Positions 24,645-34,673 of a DNA stretch of 64,000 nt are shown here, one piece after another (positions within the stretch are counted from its first letter, which is position 1; each line of letters starts with the position of its first letter). The notes below the pieces were generated by a model. That model was not told the origin of the DNA. It searched no databases and was given only the letters and a program-made list of their open reading frames with translations. Source of the DNA: Utricularia gibba (taxonomy: Eukaryota > Plantae > Magnoliophyta); the NCBI GenBank assembly GCA_002189035.1, contig NEEC01000021.1, forward strand, positions 1,426,001 to 1,490,000, in the 5' to 3' direction. The translations under genes and the position numbers were made by a program.

Positions 24645-26014
24645 ATGGCTGATGCCGATTCCGGTCCATGCAAGCTCCAAATCTGGGCGGCGCAGACGGT
24701 GGTGCCGGCGAAGCCGACGTTCCAAAGAACCTCAGTGAAACTCCCTCTTCCCCTCCGTGCCGCTGTTTCCACCGCAGCGTTCCACGTCGTCCTGTTGTTC
24801 CAGAAATCCTCGGCGGGTGACTCCGGCTGGCTCCACGCCGCGTTGATTAAGCAATCCCTGGGCTGCGCGCTGCTGGATCAGCCCATTCTCGCCGGCAGGA
24901 TTCGCCCCCGCGACGACGACCAATCGGTTCTGGAAATCGTGGCCAATGATTCTGGAATCAGGATGGTGGAGGCGACGGCGGATGCCACCGCCGCCGAGTT
25001 TCTCGCCGGAGGAAAAAATGAAGCTTCCAAGTTGGTGTTCTGGGAGGATATTCCTGAACAGCACTTCCAGTTCCATCCACTTTTCTACGTACAGGTCAGT
25101 TACTTCACAATTAAATATTATTTTTAAATATAAAATATCTCCATTAAATAACCTTTTTTTGTATATTTTTTTTTAACAAAAATGTACATAAATGATTTTT
25201 ATTTCGAAAATAATTAAAGAAATTCAATTATATACTTTTTTTAAAAAAAATTGCTATTTTTTTTTAAAATTCATATCATTTCAAGTAGCACGTGGGAGCA
25301 TGTGAAATATGAAAGTAATTATTATAAAAAAAAAAAACATATATTCCTGTGATTAGATGCTTGAAATTGAAGGATGAATGATGTATGTAGGTTACCAATT
25401 TTGCCTGCGGGGGTTACTCGATCGGTTTTAGCTGCAGCCTTCTGCTGATCGATCCCTTCGCCGCCGCATCCTTCCTCAGGGGGTGGGTCGAAATACATAG
25501 GACCCTGGTGGGGAACAATGATGTATCGAAGTACCCCTTGTTCTACAATCTTCCATTCAGAGGTCGTCCCTCAACTCCCCTGATGCGGCTGACGACCCGG
25601 AGGCCGATGGCCGATGTTGTGATCCTCTCCGTGAAGACTGGCACTTGCGCAGGTTTGGATCTTGAGGATGTAGCGGAGGCGTGCGTGTTTGAGGCGGAGC
25701 AAGAAGTTGGTAGGAAGATGAAGGCGGAGTTTGGTGTCTTGATTAAACGAACGTCGCCTTCTGATGGGAAGAGTGAGAGTGAGGCTGTGGTTGTGTCGAG
25801 ATCGGAGGTGAGGAAGAGGGCTGTAGATGGGTTTAGTGTGAAAAAGGTGAGGATGTGGGATGCGGTTGGATTGGGAAATGTGTGGTGGAATGAAGGGGAG
25901 AAGGTGGAGCATGCATCGTGCTGGATGAGTAGTTCCTCGGCTAGTGATGAAGGGTTCCTGATTCTGTTTCACGATGGCTCTGATGTGACTAAAGCTGTGG
26001 TCTTGTTTCCTTAA
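24645..26014 (+). CDS. BAHD-family CER2/CER26-like protein, 2 exons
   Basis: Exons 24645-25094 and 25391-26014 join in frame. LKQSLGCALLDQPILAGRI, LEIVANDSGIRMVEA, PLFYVQVTNFACGGYSIGFSCSLLLIDP. The HXXXD histidine is absent, as in CER2-like proteins. Confidence 0.85.
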
Positions 26015-26099
26015 GAGTTTCCTCATATTTGGTTTGTGAAAGTCTTCAGTAAACATTGTTCGAATTCCATCTGTATGAATCAATGCCGACTGAATTTGT

Positions 26100-26800
26100 A
26101 TGAAGTTTGGGTTGTAAAGACCTGTGTTTTGGGATTATCTTAATTTAAAGGGGTATCCCCCCAATCCCCTCCGCTTTTTCCCAGGTTATTATTGATGGAT
26201 TTGTATGGGGAAACACCTAACAATCTGATTACATTCTTCGGGACGGTAAAAAGCCCTGAGCTTCCGCTATGAGCGATGGAAAGTTCTTGGGTTGTAGTAG
26301 TGTAGTTTTGTTGTGGAGGAGAATGGAGGTTTTCTGTTGAGAGACTGCAGATGAATTCAAAGTGGGGGGTCGTGAGTATCATGTGTAAAATTTAGTTCTT
26401 TTCCTCCATCTCTTGCCCTGTGCAATTTTCTGCCGAGAGACTGCAGTTGCCATACACGTTCCTGGACACGGAGTGCCTGGATACACCATATTGCAGTTAT
26501 GTCTTCATAGAAAATAAGCCACTTTCTGCAGGTGTCGTTAAAAACTCTTTGTTCCCTGCTTCATTTGAAGATTTTCTGGCACGAACCACCTGCTTTGACT
26601 GTTGGTGTTATGATTCTTAATGTTGGTCCAGATGTCTTAACTGTTTGCAATCTCCCATCATCTCCTGTGAGTCCTTGCAGGAAGCCCCAATCGTGAAACC
26701 TGTAGCTTCCCTCGGTATATGATCTCCAAGTTGGGCATCCTATTCGTCCTCGTTCCGATTTCACCTTCATCTGTATCCTGTAACCTTACGCCATTGACGA
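26100..26800 (-). mobile_element. Possible heavily decayed L1-type LINE fragment (ORF1 tail / endonuclease N-terminus)
   Basis: Stop-interrupted minus-strand frames give GDDGRLQTVK, ITAIWCIQAL (cf. ILSWNVRGL) and VIRLLGVSPYKSINNNLGKSGGDW (cf. LGF..GRSGGL.LLW). Motif spacing is longer than expected, so the call is tentative. Confidence 0.3.
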
Positions 26801-27559
26801 AAATTCCTGTTCTCAAGAAACGTCATTTGGGTTAATTCAAGAGGTCATCTTTTCAGGGATGAGGGGGCAGCAGAAAAGGTAAGCCTATATTCCATGAATG
26901 GGCGGCTAGTTTCAACTCCTGTGGTCCATTGCAATTATTATTCTCACCTGATTTTGGTGGGAAGTTAATACCGTTGGTCATATGCTGCCCGCCGGCATTA
27001 ATCTTCACGTTTCTGAATCTTCTTAACGTTAGTATGAGCTCAAACCTATGAATTGACATAGCATTTGGGGAGTTCGAAGAAACTGGCAGAATGATTCGTG
27101 CAATTGCATGAAGCCCGGAGGTGGGATCGAGAACAGGGTTTTAGACCATATAGAGGAATATGCTGAGAGCTTTTTGGGAGAATATATGAATAAAAAGTTT
27201 ATGATGAGCTATTACTCCATCACGGTGAAGTAGGAGATGACAACACCCCATATTCTTGTGGCAGATCAGGCGATTATGTAAGTTTTGCCGTTTTTAACCC
27301 ATTTTCTCCGCGGCGGATGCAGCAGCCGGACTACGGCGACCGGCGTCATGGGTCAAAGTCAAACCCCACAACGCGGTTTAGTTCACCTGCAACGAAAAAT
27401 CTTTTCAATTTCGAGTGTTCCTTGTTTGAGTAGTCGTAGACTTTGATCCTTCTTTCATCTTTTCGTGTCGCCCAGAAAAAAAATTGACCACTTCTCTACA
27501 TATTTCATTTTCCTGAAATCCGTTGTTGGGAAAACACAAGGTAGTATACTGCAGAAAAA

Positions 27560-29684
27560 ATGAATTCTCTGCATCCAATTGAGTCTCATAGTGAAATAGT
27601 CAACGGCGCGGAGGAGGTGGTGAGAGCTTATCGGAAATGGGAAGGCAGTAATGTAATCCCCTTTTGCTTATCGTTCCTTTTTTGTCTTGTTTTCAGGGAT
27701 TTTGATGCGTTCCACACTGATTATAGCTCTGAGATCTCACGATTGGGGTTTTTTTTTTCAGCTTCAATTTCGTTGGTTTGAAGGGTGTTGAGCATGAACT
27801 TTTTAGTTGTTAATGGGGGTCTTTTTGAATTGCTTCTGAATTAAGCTCATCATATAATTGTTGATTCCAATACAGAGGTTCATATGCTTTTTCAGATATT
27901 CTGTCTTAACGGGAGGTTGATTTTTGGACCTGATGCAAGATCAATCTTTCTTACCATGTTCCTGATCCTTGCCCCGGCCATAGTATTTTGCATATTCTTA
28001 GCAAGAGATCTGATGGATGAATTCTCCAACGGTGGTGGGATCGCAATCCTGGTTGTGTTTGTTGTCTTCACAGCATACGTATGCTCTGCTTCCAAACCTT
28101 AAGCTTTTTCATTTTGGTTCCTTGAAGCGCTGCAATCTTTGTATATCTTACGTTTCCATAGTTCGAATGTGTTGTAGTGCATGAGGTGATGGTTGATATG
28201 GATTGATATCTCCATTAGGCAGCTCGATTTATGTATGTTCTTGTGTATTATCTCCTGCAAAAGATTGCGTGTTCTGAAATGTGGAAACTGATCATTCCCA
28301 TCAACCATTGTCATGAACTGCCCTTTCTGCTCTTCGAATCGTTTCGGTTTATGTATGTTATTGTCTATTATCTCCTGCCAGAGTTTCCTTGTTCTGAAAT
28401 GTGGAAACTGATCATTCCTATCAAGCATCGTCATGAACTCTTCTTTCTGCTGTTCGAATCGTCTCGGTTTATATATGTTCTTCTGTACTATTTCCTGCAA
28501 GAGATTGCTTGTTCTGAAATGTAGAAACTGAGCATGCTTCTTATGCTCAGTTCATATATGTTCTTCTGTACTATTTCCTGCAAGAGATTGCTTGTTCTGA
28601 AATGTAGAAACTGAGCATGCTTCTTATGCTCATTTCATGTATGTTCTTGTGTATTATCTCCTGCAAGAGATTGCTTGTTCTGAAATGTGGAAACTGATCA
28701 TTCCCATCAAACTTGGCCATGAACTCCTCTTTCTGCTCTTTGAATCATCTCGCAGGTTCTACTGCTTCTTATGCTGACTTCCAGCCGAGATCCCGGTATC
28801 GTACCGCGCAATGCGCAGCCGCCGGAACCGGAGGATCGGATGCTCTTCATGTCCGGCGTCCCTCGGATACCTCCAACAAAGGAAGTGACGGTAAATGGGG
28901 TGACTGTAAAGGTCAAATACTGTGATACCTGCATGCTGTACAGGCCTCCTCGCTGTTCCCATTGCTCCATTTGTGATAACTGCGTGGAGCGGTTTGATCA
29001 TCACTGTCCCTGGGTCGGACAATGCATCGGACTGGTGTGTTTTTTCTGCTTCATCGGTTTTTCTGCAGCTGAATCTGATGCATTTCTTGGTCTCTGATGC
29101 AGAGAAACTACAGATTCTTCTTCATGTTCATCTTTTCTGCAACGCTTCTGTGCTTGTATGTTCAAGGATTCTGCTGGGTGCTCATCGTGCGGATCATGCA
29201 CGCCGCCGACTCGTCGATATGGCGGGCGATGATCAGAACGCCGGCGTCCCTTGCTCTCATCATCTACACCTTTCTGTGCCTCTGGTTCGTGGGTGGCCTC
29301 TCCATCTTCCATCTCTACCTCATCAGCATAAACCAGGTAAGCGCCTGAGCCTCCTCCCTGTTCTGCACCGTCGAACCAGACACGACGCCGCTCCCCCTCC
29401 TTCTGTTTCAGTCCACGTACGAGAACTTCCGGTACAGACACGAGAGCCGCGCGAGTCCCTACGACAAGGGAGTGCTCGGAAACTTCATGGAGACATTCTG
29501 CACAAGCGTTCCTCCGTCGAAGAACAACTTCCGGGCGAAGGTGCCGAAGACGCAGCGGCCAGTCCCGTTTCCGGTGGGCTCAAGCCATGTGGATTCAAGC
29601 TTCGCGGCGAACTCCCGGCGGGGGCAGGAGCAAGAGCAGGAGCTCGGGAAGTCGAAGCGCATGGAACCAGATGCAGAAAGCTAG
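27560..29684 (+). CDS. DHHC protein S-acyltransferase (palmitoyltransferase), 5 exons
   Basis: [98 protein letters not shown]. Exons 27560-27652, 27896-28078, 28756-29034, 29103-29336, 29412-29684. Confidence 0.94.
28231..28755 (+). repeat. Intronic tandem repeat of 5 units (120, 120, 83, 83, 119 bp)
   Basis: Units start at 28231, 28351, 28471, 28554 and 28637 and share ATGTATGTTCTT..TCCTGCAAGAGATTGCTTGTTCTGAAATGT.GAAACTGA; the last unit ends at the intron acceptor AG (28755). Confidence 0.95.
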
Positions 29685-29874
29685 CATCCATAGGGAGCAC
29701 ACACAGCCTTGTTCTGTTCCAGGTTGGTTCTCCTCCACAGAGGGCTGACTGTGCTTTCTCTTGTTGCACAGCATCCCCACAGAACCAGAGAAGAAGCTGC
29801 TTGTGACAACTATTACAGAATAAGGCTGATTGACACTGCAATTAGAAATGCAAAAATCACGATTGAATGGTTTT

Positions 29875-29916
29875 AAATCGAAACCGAAACCGAAACCGAA
29901 ATCGAAATCGAAATTG
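29875..29916 (+). repeat. Hexamer array (AAA[C/T]CG) x7
   Basis: aaatcg aaaccg aaaccg aaaccg aaatcg aaatcg aaattg. Confidence 0.85.
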
Positions 29917-30210
29917 AATACTTTTGTATCATAAGTAATATGTGGTTAAAAAGATAAATTGATTTTTAATGTTGAGTTATCGAAATTCATTTATAACTTG
30001 AAAAAAAGATTTAATTTGTTCAAATATGATTTTTGCTTTTGAAAAATATTTATAATTAAAAATAATTGAACTTTACTCAATCTATTATATATAAAAAAAA
30101 TCCATACTAAATATTATATTTATTATATGTTTTTATAATAAATACTAAATTCGGAGTAATATTAATTATAATAAATTGCTTAGAAAAAGCGAGGCTGGGG
30201 TCACGTCCCC

Positions 30211-30548
30211 TTACTTCCGGCCTCGTTGGGCGGACTTCTTCTTCGTTTCCTTTAGGGGAACGGTGTCGTTGCCGCTGTCGGGGGCCTTGTCCGTGAGGCG
30301 GCGGAGGAACTCGTTGTCGCCGACCTCACGCCCACAGCAGGAGCACACGGTGTCTCCATGCATCGCAGAGGTGACGCCGCAATAGGGGCACTTGACATGG
30401 CTCTGGTACTGGCTTCCTGGATCCGGAACGGGGAGAAGCTGTTCCTCCTCGTCCTCCTGCGCTGCCGCCCGTGAACTCCCTGCAGCGAATTTCAACGGTA
30501 CCTTTCGCTGCCTCGAAGAAAACGGCCGCCGCGGGGGAGAGATGACAT
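30211..30548 (-). CDS. Candidate small intronless protein (~112 aa) with a TFIIB-type zinc ribbon; needs +1 C in the run at 30533-30537
   Basis: KCPYCGVTSAMHGDTVCSCCGREV resembles the TFIIB zinc ribbon (C..C..GDTVCSECG). TATA-like CTATAAAT at 30598-30591, ATG at 30548, TAA at 30211. Confidence 0.5.
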
Positions 30549-31264
30549 TGGGGGTGATGCGGATGAGTCCAGGGCGTTGGCGCCGAATCCATTTATAGGT
30601 CGAGCGGGGGCAGGAGATAGGGGGAATACCCGCTGCTGTGATCTCAGGTTTGCAGAATATCAACTATTGTCAGAATTTCCGTACCTTTTGGGAATATTTA
30701 TGTTTGCAAAAGTTGTCTTTTTTGAAAATGTGCCACGTTTCAATACAAATAAAAAAGAATGGTATTTTCGGCGTTGACTTGTGTCGTTGGAGTTGGAAGG
30801 AAGATATTCCTACTGTGGCTGCGGCTCTTGAGGAGCTCAGGCACGAGTGAGACAACGGGGTACGGACCAGGCCCAATTTATGTCGTCCTTATCAGTTGGG
30901 ATTCAGGACCCAAACCATGATCTGGAAGAGTGTAACCCGATTTGTTGATTTCGCAACTGGAACTGTCAGTCTTGGTCACCGATTTCTGTGAAGGAATTCC
31001 GGGACACTTTGCATTGGAAGCTGTCTAAACGGTGGTGAATCGAAAGAATATTTCTTCTGGGTACCCATTTTATCATAGTGTAAGATTTGCCTTCCTTTTA
31101 ACTCGATACTGTTCTTGGAGTGTGTTTTTTTCGTGTTATTGGATATGGGTTTTGTGGGGGAAGAATTGTTTTGGGAGCCTGATTCGGCTATTTGTGTCTA
31201 TGTTGTGGTTAACTAACCAAAACTCTTAACTTTTGTCAAGGATTGTTGTCTATAGAGGACGAAT

Positions 31265-33998
31265 ATGTTGGGAATAGTGAGGCGAAGATTCTACGGAGGC
31301 AATCTTGCTAGGGTAAATGCAATGGCCCCTTTATTCATTGATGTAGATCGCGTGTCTCTGATCTCTGTTCCGTGCGCAAATGTATCCGTGTATTCTGAGT
31401 CGAGAAAGTCCCAGCTGTTTTATTTTATCTATGCTGTGTTTCTCTCTAATGTGAGTGCATATGTGCTTGTTTTTCTGGGTCAAAAGCATTTGGAACAAGG
31501 ACTCCGAGCTGCTGTGTCACGATCCTATTCATCATCGGCTAAAGAGGTAACTGATTTGTGTGTTGATGATTGCGGGATGAGGACTGTGAAGGTTCTTGCA
31601 CTGCCGTTTTTTAGGATTTCTGTACAAGATTTCGATATCCTTGGCCATTTTATTACAGAGTATGACTGTCCGTGATGCTCTGAACTCAGCAATTGATGAA
31701 GAAATGTCTGCTGATCCCAAAGTTTTTCTGATAGGTGAAGAGGTGGGTTTAACAAAGGGAATGTCCCAAATTGTCTCGATTTCATTTTTTGCACTTATTA
31801 ACTTGCGGTTTTACAGGTTGGAGAGTATCAAGGTGCATATAAGGTTAGTGCTTGTTCATTGATCAGTGCCTTCAAGAAAATCTTGACACTAACAATCTGC
31901 ACCTTATCTGTTATGTCTGCTTAGATCTCCAAAGGATTGCTTGAGAAGTTTGGTCCCAATCGGGTTCTCGATACCCCTATCACTGAGGTGGGTTTAGTTT
32001 CTCACCTTGGAATCCTTTGAATGGATGGATGAAACATGTGGGAATTACCAATTCATTCCCTATATACTGCCATTGTAGGCTGGATTTGCTGGAATTGCAG
32101 TTGGTGCAGCATATCACGGTCTGAAACCCATCGTAGAATTCATGACCTTCAACTTCTCAATGCAGGTTGAATCACTTACCACATATCTTATCTCTTTGTC
32201 CTGATTATATTTGAATCAGGCCATTGATTCCGTTATTGGTTGATGCCTTTTGTTCTGGCTGATAGCAATAGCATTATTCCAATGTTCAAATGAATCAACA
32301 CTTTAACCCTTCAAAGAATTTGTTGTATGTTCTAGCAGTGTCTTTTCTTGTTTAGACTCCTGATGACACACTCATTGCAGGCAATTGACCACATAATTAA
32401 TTCTGCGGCAAAATCAAATTACATGTCAGCTGGCCAGATATCAGTTCCTGCAGTTTTCAGAGGACCCAATGGTGCTGCCGCTGGAGTGGGTGCTCAGCAC
32501 TCACAGGTACCTTCAAATACCTCACACCAAAGTGCTCAAAATCATGTAGTTTTAGATGCCCTTCAGAATCAATATCTACGGTATCACAGAAGCCTTCCAT
32601 TGGACAGTCACTATGTTTGTAGCATCCAGAGTTGAATGAGAATGTGAATATGAAATTAGAGAACGTACTTGGAAATGCAGAGAGTTCCCTGCTAATTTCA
32701 TAGTTGTGTTTGTGTTGTTCCAGTGTTATGCAGCATGGTATGCTGCTTGTCCTGGATTAAAGGTATTGGCCCCATATTCCTCCGAAGATGCACGTGGCTT
32801 GCTCAAAGCTGCTATCAGGGATCCAGATCCTGTTGTATTTCTTGAAAATGAGTTACTGTAAGCAGCATATGGAGATGATCCTTAATTCCTTTTCTCTGTA
32901 TGCATTCTTAAATTTCTTCTGACTTCACTATTTATTTTCCATGCAGATATGGTGAATCATTTCCAGTCTCAGCTGAAGTACTCGACTCCAGCTTCTCTCT
33001 TCCCATAGGACATAGGAAAAGCAAAGGTATACCTTCTGTTGTGAATTTGTTGTCTCTGTTTGTAACATGTATAAACAAACTTCGACAGATCGAACGTGAG
33101 GGGACGGACGTGACGATAACGGCGTTTTCGAAGATGGTCGGACTTGCACTTCAGGTCTCCCATGAGTTACCATTGAATTGCTCTCTGCATAACATACATG
33201 ATATTTTAGGATGCATCTCTCTGTACTGGTAGTGCATGTTACTGTGTTCATGCATTGTTTTCTAACATGAGCTCAAATGCATAGGCTGCTGATTTACTTG
33301 CAAAAGAAGGGATCAGTGTAGAGGTAACTTGAGGAGATCAATTGATTCACTTTTCTGGTGTAAAATGGAGTGTTGATCTGCAAAGCTTACCTTTTGGTTG
33401 ATGCAGGTTATAAATCTTCGCTCCATACGCCCCCTCGACAGACGAATGATTAACGACTCTGTTCGGAAAACGCATAGGCTCGTGACTGTTGAAGAAGGAT
33501 TCCCCCAACATGGGGTTGGTGCTGAGATATGGTATTGTTCAGCAACTCATGCTTCTCTCTGCGTTGCAAAATGGCTTCCCTTGATACATGTCTCATAAGT
33601 TTAGAGTGTTTTCTTACCAGCGCTTCCGTTGTAGAAGATAGCTTTGATTATCTTGATGCACCTGTTGAGAGGATTGCAGGGGCTGATGTCCCCATGCCCT
33701 ATGCTGCAAATCTGGAGAGGCTGGCTGTGCCCCAGGTTTGCTTTTGCTCCCTTTTGCACCTAATAAAATCATTCTGGAACTTGAAACTGCAACGAAAATT
33801 TGGCCATGCCCTCACCTGGAAGATACACAACCAGAATAGAGACAACATCTTGAAAATGCATATGCTAAGGATTCATCAGTGTTAAAGACAGGTATTAGCA
33901 ACGGATGCATTGCTGCTTACTGTCGTCTTGTTGGATATATATTTCAGGTTGATGATCTCGTCCGGGCGGCGCGGAGGTGCTGTTTCAAGTCAAGATGA
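31265..33998 (+). CDS. PDHB: Pyruvate dehydrogenase E1 beta subunit, mitochondrial; 14 exons, 7-bp duplication frameshift in exon 9
   Basis: [140 protein letters not shown]. Confidence 0.9.
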
Positions 33999-34237
33999 TC
34001 TCAACCTGGCTGGCTGATTGAGCCAGAAAATGTTGTTGATTTCAGCTAATTCTTTTCCCTCCATTGGGAAAGTTTGAACCTTCACTTCACCAGTGCTTTT
34101 GCACACACGCAACATGGTGAGAGGAAGGGAACTTACACAGGAAAATAAAATCTGTGACCATTGGTTTCTTGAAAATTCCATTTCAGGCTGTAAACTTGCA
34201 GTAACTAACATTCATTGAAGAATGCTGCTGGAAGCTG

Positions 34238-34260
34238 TCTCTCTCTCTCTCTCTCTCTCT
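34238..34260 (+). repeat. (TC)n microsatellite
   Basis: About 11 uninterrupted TC units between the convergent PDHB and LCB2 3' ends. Confidence 0.9.
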
Positions 34261-34673
34261 TTTGCAGACATTACGGTTTTCTGTACTGTTACCCATATGG
34301 GTCTTCATATTTGGTCCTATTCTGTCAGATCAATCCCACATTTTTCTGTCTACAGAAATGGACCAACAACAGACTAGGTAGAGCTTTATTGAGGATAAAA
34401 CCTGCAAGCTTTGTGCTGGAGCATGTGCATTTATGAGCAGGAAAGAAGGCAGTCGGGATCAGGGCATGTTGTAGTTTAGCATATTGCAATAGAAAAGAAG
34501 ACGATAGATGATGATACAACTTTCTATACAGAAAAAAAAAAGTAGTTTTCAGGCCGTCACATGAGGGAGAATCTAAAATGGCACCACAAACTGCGGCATG
34601 GAGATGGAGAAAAATAAATATTTGCCCTCGCTAAGAAAGAAATGCTCACTGGTTGATTCAACCAAATTCAACT

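Noticed and set aside
25571-26083. 170-aa antisense ORF over the CER26-like exon
   Set aside because: Shadow ORF of a real coding exon with no family features.
28099-28524. ORFs with repeated peptides (133 aa on minus, 97 aa on plus)
   Set aside because: By-products of the 120-bp (multiple of 3) intronic tandem repeat inside the PAT gene; no independent gene signals.
28922-29806. 294-aa alternative-frame ORF overlapping the PAT gene
   Set aside because: GTG start, runs across introns, no recognisable motif; expected from stop-poor GC-rich exons.
30326-30592. 88-aa ORF starting at ATG 30592
   Set aside because: Its ATG overlaps the TATA-like box and the frame lacks the zinc-ribbon cysteines; the other frame is more convincing.
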